Part shown: one piece after another, positions 40,568 through 50,158 of the stretch
How positions within the stretch are numbered: position 1 is the stretch's first letter
How the letters are laid out: every line of letters starts with the position of its first letter
NCBI GenBank assembly: GCA_041752275.1
Contig: JBGSHK010000008.1
Span: 2,641-66,640, forward strand
From: Minisyncoccia bacterium
Lineage (GTDB): Bacteria; Patescibacteriota; Minisyncoccia; Phycocordibacterales; CAIZLB01
Direction: 5' to 3'
DNA: 64,000 nucleotides
Made by a program: the position numbers and the translations under genes
The notes under the pieces: generated by a model
Told to the model about the DNA's origin: nothing
Database searches by the model: none
The model's input: the letters and a program-made list of their open reading frames with translations, nothing else

Positions 40568-40605
40568 AAATCCGCCATTGTCGCAATACAATGACGGATT
40601 TTTTT
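40568..40605 (+). other. Hairpin after DGR-like variable region (cruciform and/or terminator)
   Basis: AAATCCG-C-CATTGT-loop-ACAATG-A-CGGATTT followed by a T run. Confidence 0.65.
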
Positions 40606-40632
40606 CATTTTCAAAAATGCTATAATAAACCC

Positions 40633-41142
40633 ATGATAAAAAAAACAGTACTTGCAGGTGGATGCTTCTGGGGCATGGAAGATCTCATCAGAAAATTACC
40701 AGGTGTAATAAATACTGACGTTGTTTACGCTGGTGGTGTTATAGATAATCCAACATATGAAAATCATACTGGGTATACAGAAGCTGTGCTTATAGAATAC
40801 AACGATGAAGAAACAAACTTTAAAAATCTTTTAGACTTCTTTTTTCAAATACATGATCCTTCAACTTATAACAGACAAGGTAATGATATCGGTGAATCAT
40901 ATAAATCACTTATTTTTTACAATGATGAAAACGAGATGAATGAAGCAAAAGAATTTATCGAGATAGTAAACAAATCAGAGCGATGGCCAGGACCAGTTAT
41001 GACCGAACTTAAAAAACTTGATATGGATAAAGTTTACAAAGCAGAAGAATATCATCAGGATTATTTAGTAAAAGTACCAAAAGGGTATACATGTCACTAT
41101 GTTAGGGAAGGAGGGAGTTATCTTATCGATTCAACCAAGTAA
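40633..41142 (+). CDS. msrA: Peptide-methionine (S)-S-oxide reductase
   Basis: AGGCFWG, HDP....RQGND.G..Y.S, AEEYHQDY; start moved to ATG 40633. Confidence 0.95.
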   Translation: MIKKTVLAGGCFWGMEDLIRKLPGVINTDVVYAGGVIDNPTYENHTGYTEAVLIEYNDEETNFKNLLDFFFQIHDPSTYNRQGNDIGESYKSLIFYNDENEMNEAKEFIEIVNKSERWPGPVMTELKKLDMDKVYKAEEYHQDYLVKVPKGYTCHYVREGGSYLIDSTK

Positions 41143-41521
41143 TATTAAACTGTAAAACTGTAGCGAAACATACCCATAATAGATAAGGTATTTGTATATA
41201 ACTTATCCAAGGGGTGTGTTTGTATATTGCTATCATTGCCCATACTAGAGTTACTAAAACTAAAGATATGTCTAGTGCAGCCAAGAGATTATTTTTCAAA
41301 CCAAATTGTATGGGTGTGAAAATAGCATTAAATAAAATATTTAAAATAAAAGGTAAAGCTATCATAAAAGATATTTCTTTTTGATAAGTCATTAAAAAAA
41401 CTTTTCCAAAAGATATTGCTATCAATATGTATAAGAAAGTCCACACTGGTCCAAAGAGATATGATGGAGGTGCCGATGTTGGTCTAATAAGTGTTGAGTA
41501 CCAGTTGTATGTATTGTTCAT
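41123..41521 (-). CDS. TspO/MBR family protein
   Basis: WY..L..P...PP...FGPVWT.LY, PYLLWV.FA. Confidence 0.92.
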   Translation of the reverse strand: MNNTYNWYSTLIRPTSAPPSYLFGPVWTFLYILIAISFGKVFLMTYQKEISFMIALPFILNILFNAIFTPIQFGLKNNLLAALDISLVLVTLVWAMIAIYKHTPWISYIQIPYLLWVCFATVLQFNITWLNR

Positions 41522-41599
41522 AGTTTAAGTGTATACCTAAAAAGAAAAAGAAGCCAACCTATAAATTGCATCCCGCTCAAAAAGTGCTAAAATTAAACT

Positions 41600-42160
41600 A
41601 TGAAAAAATCAACAATAATCATATTAGTAATAGTCGGTATTATATTACTTTGGTCATTATCAGCCTATAACTCACTTGTAAGTCAAAGAGAGCAGTATAC
41701 CGCACAATGGTCACAAGTAGAAAATCAATATCAAAGACGTTTTGACCTTATTCCAAACCTTGTAAATGCTATAAAAGGATCACTTAATCAAGAGCTTGAA
41801 GTGTTTGGTGCCATAGCCCAAGCTCGTACACAGTATTCAGGAGCACAAACACAAGAGGAACAGGTACAAGCAGCTTCAAGGGTTGAATCAGCACTTGGAA
41901 GACTTTTAGTTATAACTGAGAATTACCCTGAATTAAAATCATCATTACTTGTACAAGATCTTTTGGTACAACTAGAGGGAACTGAAAACCGTGTTTCTGT
42001 AGAAAGACAAAAATACAATGAATTTATAAAAAATTATAATCTTCAAGTACAAAGAATACCAGGATCAATATTCGCTGCAATATTTGGTTTTGATGTACAA
42101 CCATATTTCGAATCAACAGAAGGATCAGATGTACCACCTACAGTTGATTTAGTAAACTAA
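41600..42160 (+). CDS. lemA: LemA family protein
   Basis: YN.LV, WSQVENQYQRR.DLIPNLV, ENYPELK, LEGTENR. Confidence 0.95.
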   Translation: MKKSTIIILVIVGIILLWSLSAYNSLVSQREQYTAQWSQVENQYQRRFDLIPNLVNAIKGSLNQELEVFGAIAQARTQYSGAQTQEEQVQAASRVESALGRLLVITENYPELKSSLLVQDLLVQLEGTENRVSVERQKYNEFIKNYNLQVQRIPGSIFAAIFGFDVQPYFESTEGSDVPPTVDLVN

Positions 42161-42164
42161 ATAT

Positions 42165-43022
42165 ATGAAAAAGATTTATCTACAAATATTTATTATTTCT
42201 GTGATAAGTCTTTTTTCTTTATCTGCTCAAGCTCAAAAATTAACTCAGTATGTAACCGATGATGCAAATATTATTCCTGATGAACAACAAGTGATATTGG
42301 AAAATAAGCTATATGCTTTTTTTGCTTCGACTACAAATCAAATAGTAATATTAACAATAGAAGAACTTCCATCAAATGAAACCATAGAAAGTTATGCCTA
42401 TAAAATATTTCAGGAAAATACTATAGGGCAGAAAGATAAAAATAATGGATTATTGTTTTTGATAGCAGTAAATGATAGACAAAACAGATTTGAAACAGGT
42501 TATGGTCTCGAGCCTATCATACCTGACGTTTATACAGGGCGGTTACAAAGAGATGTTATAGCTCCAGCTTTTAGGGATGGGGATTATGTGGGTGGTATAA
42601 ACTCAAGTGTTGATCAGATTATAGATAGAATAAATAAAAATGAGGTTTATGTGGATACGGAGAGTAAAAACTATGACCTTGATCTTAATTCTGAAATGGC
42701 GGGTCCAATATTTTTTCTTATAATTATATTTTTTCAAATGATCATTAATATATTTTCTAAATCAAAATCATATTGGGCTGGAGGTGTTGTTGGATTTATT
42801 ATTGGTTTGATCATCTATTTATTTTCTGGCTTTATAATTGCTTTTGTTTTAACTATACTTGGATTATTGCTTGACATGATAGTATCAAAGCATCCAAATA
42901 TGTTTAAAGCTAAAGGTGGTGGTTATGGAGGCTGGGGAGGTTTTGGTCGTGGTTCGAGTGGAGGAGGATTCTCTGGTGGAGGTGGTTTTTCAGGTGGTGG
43001 TGGTTCAAGTGGAAGATGGTAG
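42165..43022 (+). CDS. TPM domain (YgcG-like) membrane protein
   Basis: V.D.A, GQK.KNNG.L.L.A..DR..R.E.GYGLE; Gly-rich C-terminus GGGSSGRW; follows lemA. Confidence 0.92.
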   Translation: MKKIYLQIFIISVISLFSLSAQAQKLTQYVTDDANIIPDEQQVILENKLYAFFASTTNQIVILTIEELPSNETIESYAYKIFQENTIGQKDKNNGLLFLIAVNDRQNRFETGYGLEPIIPDVYTGRLQRDVIAPAFRDGDYVGGINSSVDQIIDRINKNEVYVDTESKNYDLDLNSEMAGPIFFLIIIFFQMIINIFSKSKSYWAGGVVGFIIGLIIYLFSGFIIAFVLTILGLLLDMIVSKHPNMFKAKGGGYGGWGGFGRGSSGGGFSGGGGFSGGGGSSGRW

Positions 43023-43043
43023 TTTTTATGTTAATATACGAAA

Positions 43044-43295
43044 ATGAAAACATATATACTCGATGTTCGCAGTCCGGAAGAATATAAGAATGGTTTTATA
43101 GAAAATGCAATAAATCTACCTATAGATGAGCTTTTAAATAGAAGTGATTTTGCTATGTTTATTTTAAAAGATATAGACAAGGAAAATGATCAGATAAAAG
43201 TGTATTGTGCATCAGGTGCGAGAGCCACTATGGCAAAAAGTGTATTAGAATTTATACAATATAAGAATGTTACAAATATGGGTGGTTTGAATTAG
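43044..43295 (+). CDS. Rhodanese-like protein
   Basis: LDVRS.EEY..G.I..A.N.P, YCASG.R, N.GG. Confidence 0.9.
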   Translation: MKTYILDVRSPEEYKNGFIENAINLPIDELLNRSDFAMFILKDIDKENDQIKVYCASGARATMAKSVLEFIQYKNVTNMGGLN

Positions 43296-43296
43296 A

Positions 43297-43866
43297 TTAT
43301 TTAAAAACCATAGAACCACTATCATATTTTAAATCAAACACTAACTCACCCTTATCTGTAAAATGATAACTTGATACTTGGCTTAGAGCCTTTGAAAACT
43401 CAGCTTCTTGTGATCCTTCACAATACATAAGTGTAGATATCATTTTCTCAAAAGTTATACTTTTTCCATTTGCAATATATTCACCACCAACACCATTACA
43501 ATCAGTTGTCGCTGAAAATGTCTTACCACCCTCGTTGTTTTTAAATGTTAATTTAAATTTATCTAAATTTTTTGATTTTATAATTTTTCCATCACTATAA
43601 GTTGTACTGATCCATGTCCATGTCTTTGTATCTAAATCCATATCAAAAATACCGGGACCCATATTTCCATTATCTTCATCTATGTTGATAACTAATTCAG
43701 GTTTAGGTATTGTAATTTCTGTATCAATTGTAGTAGTGGGATTATTAATATTATTTATTTCAGTTTGTAAAATAGTAACATCTTTTTCCGTGTAAGTTAT
43801 ACTAGTAAGTACAGCGGCTACTATTACTATAAACAGTGTTGACACTATGACATATGTTTTTTTCAT
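43297..43866 (-). CDS. META (HslJ-like) domain protein
   Basis: N-terminal TM; TDCN...G.Y, STLMYC...E..F. Confidence 0.85.
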   Translation of the reverse strand: MKKTYVIVSTLFIVIVAAVLTSITYTEKDVTILQTEINNINNPTTTIDTEITIPKPELVINIDEDNGNMGPGIFDMDLDTKTWTWISTTYSDGKIIKSKNLDKFKLTFKNNEGGKTFSATTDCNGVGGEYIANGKSITFEKMISTLMYCEGSQEAEFSKALSQVSSYHFTDKGELVFDLKYDSGSMVFK

Positions 43867-43894
43867 AAATATAATTATATCATAACTATAACCA

Positions 43895-45112
43895 TTATAT
43901 TTTTACCTCAACTTGTTTATCCTCAACTTTATCTTTCTCCTCCGTCCTTGTTTTAACGGTTTTGGGTGTAAAATTGTTTAGCTGTATATATGAAGGTGTC
44001 TGAATGTTACTTTCCTGTATTTTTGATATATTTTCTCCTAATATAAAATCACTTGCATCAACTACAACTTTTATATTTTCTGGTTTAAGTTTAGCTACAT
44101 CTCTGTTATTACCTGTAACCGTAATGTTTACAGAGTCAGGGACACTAGTTTTTATAATAAGATTATTATTTACAAATCTATATTCTATTGGTACTGAATA
44201 TTCCATTTTAACTATACCTGTCTTATATGATAAAAAATACCAAAAACTTAATGCAAAAATAATAGCCATTGTTTTATACAAAACATTTTTTATGAATATT
44301 TTATATAATATATTTTTATTTACTTGTAAAACTTTTTCTTCTTGACCTGTAAATTTGGCTATTATATCGACAAGTTCTTCTGGTGTTTTTACTTTTTTTA
44401 AAATACCTTTTGATGATATAGAAACCTCACCTCTTTCCTCTGATACAACTATTGCCATTGCATCAGTTCCTTCTGTTATACCTGCCGCAGCCCTATGTCT
44501 TGTACCAACTTTTTTGTATTCAGTAAAATCACGAGCTAAAGGTAAATGTAGTCCAAACATCTTTATTTCTGATCCTTCTATAAGTATAGCCCCATCATGC
44601 CCAGGAGACGATGAATCAAAAATACTTTGTATAAGAGCTGCACTTATTTTCCCATTTAAAGGAAAACCTCCTTCAAGTAAATCATCAAGCGGAAACTCTC
44701 CGGGAAAAACTATAATAGCTCCAACATGTTGATCTCTCATATTGAAAACAGCTTTAACTATAGTTTGTATGTTGTTTTTAGGTAAATCTAAAGATTTTGA
44801 AAAAGATGTCAGTCTACCAGATGATATCCACTTGAAAAATTTTCTAATTTCTTGTTGAAATACAATAACAAAAATTGCAATAAACAAAGTTAAAAGTGGT
44901 TCAAATAATTGTCTAGTTAAACTCAAATCAAATTTTTGTGCTATAAAGTTTAATCCAAACAATAATATAAATATATTAAGTATAAAAAATGATTTTGTCT
45001 TTTTTATAAAAATAATTAAGAAATAAGTTAAAACAGCTATTATCAATATATCAAATACATCTTTTATCATTATGGATGATAGTAAATTTTGTGTTTGAGA
45101 TAAGTATTTCAT
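43895..45112 (-). CDS. Diadenylate cyclase (CdaA-type DAC) fused to YbbR-like domain
   Basis: Three N-terminal TMs, FQ.E.R, HDGA and GTRHRAA catalytic motifs, VSEERG; then K..AI..A...W TM and P..V.ITV.G YbbR-like region. Confidence 0.85.
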   Translation of the reverse strand: MKYLSQTQNLLSSIMIKDVFDILIIAVLTYFLIIFIKKTKSFFILNIFILLFGLNFIAQKFDLSLTRQLFEPLLTLFIAIFVIVFQQEIRKFFKWISSGRLTSFSKSLDLPKNNIQTIVKAVFNMRDQHVGAIIVFPGEFPLDDLLEGGFPLNGKISAALIQSIFDSSSPGHDGAILIEGSEIKMFGLHLPLARDFTEYKKVGTRHRAAAGITEGTDAMAIVVSEERGEVSISSKGILKKVKTPEELVDIIAKFTGQEEKVLQVNKNILYKIFIKNVLYKTMAIIFALSFWYFLSYKTGIVKMEYSVPIEYRFVNNNLIIKTSVPDSVNITVTGNNRDVAKLKPENIKVVVDASDFILGENISKIQESNIQTPSYIQLNNFTPKTVKTRTEEKDKVEDKQVEVKI

Positions 45113-45119
45113 ATTTTTA

Positions 45120-46082
45120 TTATATTTTATTTTCTATTGTATTTCTTGTTTTATGAAAAAAACCTTTATTTGGAATAATATATTCTATAAATTTAATATA
45201 CCATTTAAAGAATATAAGTAAAAATATTGCTGCAATAATATTGACAAGGAGATGAGCGTTAGCTATTGATTGACCTATATTTGTATCCAAGAAAAATACA
45301 ATATTTTTTAATGGATTAAATAATAATATTGTTAATATCACTGATGTTGCATTGAACCACATATGTGCAAAAGCCGTTCTTTGTGAGGCTGTATTCATAA
45401 CAAAAGATGCCATAAGTGCTGTAACAGTTGTACCTATACCAGAACCTGCTACTATACCAAAAGCTTGATCAAAATTTAAAATACCTTGTGCTGCAAAAGT
45501 TATTGCTAAAACCGATATGGCTGTAGATGATTGAAAAATAGATGCAGCTACAACACCTATAAATATAGATAAATAAAGTGAATCAACTCCTGCTATGAAA
45601 TTTAATACAATAGGGTCATTTATATATGGAGAAATAAGTAATTGTAAATAACTTAAAGATAAAAACATAAGACCAAAATAAAAAACAGGACCAGAATAAT
45701 GTCTAACTGGATTTTTAAATCTTCTCATCATAAAACCTATAACTATAAAAATAGGTGCAAAAGCCATAATATTAAAAGCTATAAGTTGTGATGTAAGGGT
45801 GTTACCTACATTTGAACCTATAACTACACCTAATGCACCAGGAAAAGTTATAAGCCCGGCATTTACCAGTCCTACCAATGTAACTGTTATCGCAGTATTA
45901 GATTGAAAAATAGCATTTATTATAAAACCTGTAAAAGTTGATTTTGCTTTAGTGTCAGTTGTTTTTGTTAAAACTTTTTTAAGTTTTTCTCATGCAACTC
46001 TTTCAATGTTATTTGAAAATTTACTAACAGAAAAAAGAAATAAAAGTATAGTAGCTAATATTATAAGTATTGTTGAAAACAT
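45120..46082 (-). pseudogene. Na/Pi cotransporter family protein with in-frame TGA at codon 31
   Basis: Frame from ATG 46082 is continuous except TGA at 45992-45990; QSNTA/QSSTA repeats, G.N.G.T motifs. Confidence 0.8.
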
Positions 46083-46130
46083 GTTTCATATATTATCATA
46101 AAATTTATGTATTAGGTTAAATGGCAATAG

Positions 46131-46180
46131 TGTGTCATATAACAATATAGATTGCTTTTTGTCAATATTAAGAATATAGT
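46131..46180 (+). promoter_or_regulatory. Sigma70 promoter with shared operator motif (copy 1)
   Basis: TGTGTCATATAACAAT..TTGCTT-17-TATAGT; 29/36 identical to 49013-49048. Confidence 0.55.
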
Positions 46181-46328
46181 TAATATAACGCAAGGATTTC
46201 TATCTAACATGTTTAAAAACACAAGAAATTGCTTTGCTTTATAAATTTCATTTTTATAAATGCAAATGCCAAAATATTCGGAAATTCTATTATAAAGATA
46301 ATAATTAATCTACAAAAATAATAAATAT

Positions 46329-46964
46329 ATGAAAAATAAAACAATATTAAAAACTTTAGTTTTAACTTTAGCCTTTTTTCCGTTTTTAACTAGTGCTGCT
46401 ACTCTTACTCGTCAATTGCAATTAGGTATGTCCGGTGCTGATGTGAGTGCACTTCAAACTTTTCTTGCGCAAGATAGGACTATATACCCACAAGGTCTTG
46501 TAACAGGTTATTTTGGAACATTAACAAAATCTGCTGTTTCTAATTTTCAGTCTAGAAATGGTATATCTTCAGTTGGACGTGTTGGTCCACAAACATTGGC
46601 CTTTATAAATTCTATATGGATGAATGGTGGAAACAATAATACATTTAACTCAGCTGTTATAGGTCCATTGAACTTAAGTACTTCAAATAATCAGGCTACA
46701 GTTTCATGGAATACAAGTATAAATACTACAGCGTCAGTTTATTACAGTACTTCACCACTTACATTAACTGAGGCGACAGATAATTCACCATTCATGATAT
46801 CTGGAGGTGCAATGACTAACTTAAATAATGATTTTAGTACTTCACATTCTAGAACAATAACAGGATTAAGTCGAAATACTGTATATTATTATGTTGTATA
46901 TGTAAAAGATGCAGCAGGTAATGAAAGTATAACTCTTCCTTCAACTTTTCAAACTTCAAATTAA
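46329..46964 (+). CDS. Secreted peptidoglycan-binding domain plus fibronectin III-like protein
   Basis: Signal peptide, L.LG..G.DV..LQ.FL, G.FG..T..AV..FQ; C-terminal W.T ... H...ITGL..NT.YYY. Confidence 0.85.
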   Translation: MKNKTILKTLVLTLAFFPFLTSAATLTRQLQLGMSGADVSALQTFLAQDRTIYPQGLVTGYFGTLTKSAVSNFQSRNGISSVGRVGPQTLAFINSIWMNGGNNNTFNSAVIGPLNLSTSNNQATVSWNTSINTTASVYYSTSPLTLTEATDNSPFMISGGAMTNLNNDFSTSHSRTITGLSRNTVYYYVVYVKDAAGNESITLPSTFQTSN

Positions 46965-47075
46965 TATAAATTTGATTGTTAATTAGTAAAAAAATAAAAA
47001 TACAAAAATACACCGAGTAAGACAGGTGTTTTTTTGTATATTGTATATATGTATAAAATTGGTTAATATGAAAAA

Positions 47076-47606
47076 ATGCAAAATACAATAAGTCTAGTAA
47101 ATACCGAAGGGCGGGTGATAGGTGAAATAGAAAAACTTGAAGCTCATGAAAAAGGCTTGCTACATAAAGCTTTTTCTATATTTATTTTTAACCAAGAGGG
47201 TGATTTGTTATTACAAAAAAGAGATGTTGAAAAATATCATTCGGGAGGACTTTGGACAAATACATGTTGTAGTCATCCAAGATTTAATGAAGATTTAAAC
47301 TTGGCAATACATAAGAGATTGATAGAGGAAATGGGATTTGATATTAAAGATTTGAAAGAGGTTTATTCTTTTATATATAATGTTAAACTTACTAACGGTT
47401 TAACAGAACATGAATATGATCATGTTTTTGTAGGAAAATATAATAATGAAATAATAAATCCAAATGCAGATGAAGTTTGTGATTATAAATGGGTTAGTAT
47501 GGATTGGTTAAAACAAGATATTATTTCAAATCCGGAAGACTACACTGAATGGTTAAAAATTATTTTAAAAGATGATAACTTTTTGTCATATTTATTTTTA
47601 AAATAA
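47076..47606 (+). CDS. idi: Isopentenyl-diphosphate delta-isomerase type 1
   Basis: K..AH..G.LH.AFS, LLQ.R...K, WTNTCCSHP, R..EE.G, EHE.DHV. Confidence 0.94.
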   Translation: MQNTISLVNTEGRVIGEIEKLEAHEKGLLHKAFSIFIFNQEGDLLLQKRDVEKYHSGGLWTNTCCSHPRFNEDLNLAIHKRLIEEMGFDIKDLKEVYSFIYNVKLTNGLTEHEYDHVFVGKYNNEIINPNADEVCDYKWVSMDWLKQDIISNPEDYTEWLKIILKDDNFLSYLFLK

Positions 47607-47641
47607 TTATTTTTAAACAACTATCTATATAAGAATTAGGG

Positions 47642-47932
47642 TTATACAATATCTTTTTTTAAAATGTCTAAAACAAGTACACTTGCTTCAACATAATGTC
47701 CACTCAAAATAAATTCTCTTATTTCTTTATTTTCAACATCATCTATAATACTACTTACTTTTTTGGCATATTTTTCTGCCCAATTTATTTCGAGTTGTAT
47801 TTGTTCTGCTCTTGGTTTTAATCTAAAATCTGCACCTAACATTTCTTCTATAAGCTCATGTTGAAAACGCATCCTTTCTAGCAAGGGTATTCTTTCATAG
47901 TCTGGTCTCATATCTATCTGTTCAGTTGTCAT
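47642..47932 (-). CDS. Hypothetical protein
   Basis: 96-aa ORF co-oriented behind the methyltransferase. Confidence 0.55.
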   Translation of the reverse strand: MTTEQIDMRPDYERIPLLERMRFQHELIEEMLGADFRLKPRAEQIQLEINWAEKYAKKVSSIIDDVENKEIREFILSGHYVEASVLVLDILKKDIV

Positions 47933-47940
47933 ATTGTGTA

Positions 47941-48949
47941 TTATATCAGATTACAAATAAATATTTTAGGATAAAGGTAAGAATTTATACTTGAATATAT
48001 TGTTAAATCAAGCCTCTCAACTATTTCAAATGGAGATTCTTTTATTAACTTTTCAAAGATTTCATATTCGGTCGTATATACTATAAGTTTTCCATTATGA
48101 TTTAAAACATTTTGGCTGTATTTGATAAATTGTTCATATAGTTTAGTTAAATCCTGACCTTTGTTTATCTGCATGCCGAAAGGGTAGGTTAGCTGTTATT
48201 GCATCAAATTTTCCAAGCTCTGGTTCTTCAAATATATCACCCGTCTTTATCTGTATGTTTTTTATCAGACCCGCTTTCTTGATGTTTTGTATAGCTAAAG
48301 AGTTTGTTTTTTTATCTATGTCCAGTCCTATAAGTTTTATGTTTGGGTTAATATATGCGGCTTCAATAAGTAATGTTGCTGAACCTGAGAAAATATTTAA
48401 ATAAGAATTTATATTTTCTAAATCACAAAAACTATTCATAGTATATGCTAAAGTGGGATTTAAACCACCTTTAATATTTTTTTCTTTATATTCTCTTACT
48501 GATAAAGGTCGAGAGGAAAGTCTTACACATATTTCCCAAAGAGAGTCGATTTTGTTTATGTATATTTCAAGATCTGCGTCAAGAGATTTATTTAACCTGT
48601 ATGTTTCTTGTATGTATTTTTCTGTTTGTAATATTTCATCTGACTGTGATCCTGCACATCGAAGTCTAAAGGTTTTAAAACTTTTAGGATTTTGTTTTAT
48701 CACTGTTTCTATAAGTTCACCAAGTATGGATTTGTGTTTGTTTATATATTTCGGATTGTATCTTGTATCTTGTTTTACTATATATGCCGAGGTTATGGAT
48801 TTTAAGGAGAGAATGTTTGTGAGGTTTTCAGGCGGTTCCAAATAAATATCTTTTTCAGACTCTGAAACTATAGTATGTGGTTTTATTTCGTCCAGGACTA
48901 CATCTTTTAGGCCTGATATGAAAGTGAGTTTTAGTAAATATGAATTCAT
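47941..48949 (-). pseudogene. THUMP/Trm14-like SAM-dependent RNA methyltransferase split by a one-base frameshift
   Basis: R.Y.....G.LNPT.AY, FSGSATLLIE, G.D; NLPF frame continues as GMQINKG if one base is removed near 48180. Confidence 0.75.
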
Positions 48950-49012
48950 GAAAACATATTACATTATAAGGTTGGATTAAGGAAGTAGTATTACTAGGTT
49001 TAATCACTTAAA

Positions 49013-49062
49013 TGTGTCATATAGCAATTAAGCTTGTATATTGTCAATGACAGGTCTAAACT
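49013..49062 (+). promoter_or_regulatory. Sigma70 promoter with shared operator motif (copy 2)
   Basis: TGTGTCATATAGCAAT..TTGTAT-17-TAAACT. Confidence 0.55.
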
Positions 49063-49100
49063 TAAGTAAGTGCACAAAATAACTAATAAAAAATAAAATT

Positions 49101-49466
49101 ATGAATTCATCACATAACTCAGCATCAACAAAACCAACATATCGTGCAACTCAAGTTGTCTGGTATATACTAGGAATAGTAGAAGTTCTTTTAGCTTTTC
49201 GCTTCGTATTAAAACTTTTAGGAGCAAATGCTGGTGCAGGGTTTACTAGTTTTATTTACAATCTATCATATGTTTTTGCAGAACCCTTTCGTGCCGTATT
49301 TAGAAATAACAGTATAGTCGAAGGATCTATATTTGAGTGGACAACACTACTTGCTATGGCTGTGTATTGGGTATTGGCTGCAGGTATTATAAAACTATTT
49401 TTGATGGGTAAAACTGTTTCAACTCCAGAAGCCGCAGTTAAGTTAGAGGATCAAGAGCAAAAATAA
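49101..49466 (+). CDS. YggT family membrane protein
   Basis: E.LL..RF.LKL.GAN....F..FIY..S..F..PF. Confidence 0.8.
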   Translation: MNSSHNSASTKPTYRATQVVWYILGIVEVLLAFRFVLKLLGANAGAGFTSFIYNLSYVFAEPFRAVFRNNSIVEGSIFEWTTLLAMAVYWVLAAGIIKLFLMGKTVSTPEAAVKLEDQEQK

Positions 49467-49490
49467 ATAAAATAAGTTAATATTATATAT

Positions 49491-49892
49491 ATGAAAAAAG
49501 GATATTTTGATAATATAGAAAAACTGACAATAGAAAATGAAAACTTTAGAAAAGTTTTGTACACCGGTGCTCATATGCAGCTTGTACTTATGAGTTTGAA
49601 GCCACTTGAAGATATTGGTTTAGAAACTCACACAGAAAACGATCAATTTTTCCGTTTTGAAAAAGGAAATGGAAAGGTAATAGTAGGTGAAACTGAATAT
49701 ACTGTTGAAGATGGAGACACTGTTATAGTACCAGCAGGAACAGAACATAATGTTATAAACACCTCAGAGTTTGAAGATCTTAAAATGTATACTATATATA
49801 CACCAGCACATCATAAAGATGGTATAGTTCGTTTTACTAAAAAAGATGCTATGGAAAATGAAGAAGATTTTGATGGGGTTTTGAGTGAATAG
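49491..49892 (+). CDS. Cupin domain protein
   Basis: N.NFR.VLYTG...QLVLMSL...EDIG.E.H...DQFF; VPAG..HNV.N. Confidence 0.93.
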   Translation: MKKGYFDNIEKLTIENENFRKVLYTGAHMQLVLMSLKPLEDIGLETHTENDQFFRFEKGNGKVIVGETEYTVEDGDTVIVPAGTEHNVINTSEFEDLKMYTIYTPAHHKDGIVRFTKKDAMENEEDFDGVLSE

Positions 49893-49895
49893 TTT

Positions 49896-50114
49896 TTATT
49901 CTTTAACTGTTGCATCCGACATGACAACAGTTTTTTTAGGTATTATTAGTGCTGCAAAAATGTAAAATAATATTCCAGGAATAAAACCTGTTATTATTAA
50001 TATAAATACAAAAGCTACACGAATAATAGTTGAATCAACTTCAAAATACTCTGCAATACCGCCAAGTACTCCCCAAATCTTTTTATCCGTTTCACTTAAA
50101 TATAGTTTTTTCAT
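49896..50114 (-). CDS. PspC domain protein
   Basis: KLY.S..DK.I.GV.GG.AEYF.VD.T..R, Y......IP. Confidence 0.92.
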   Translation of the reverse strand: MKKLYLSETDKKIWGVLGGIAEYFEVDSTIIRVAFVFILIITGFIPGILFYIFAALIIPKKTVVMSDATVKE

Positions 50115-50158
50115 GGTTTTATTATAACATAAATCTTTTTTCAGATTATAATGGAATT

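Noticed and set aside
40522-40632. N-terminal extension of msrA in the ORF track
   Set aside because: Runs through the DGR-like cis elements and hairpin; TGcTATAAT places the start at 40633
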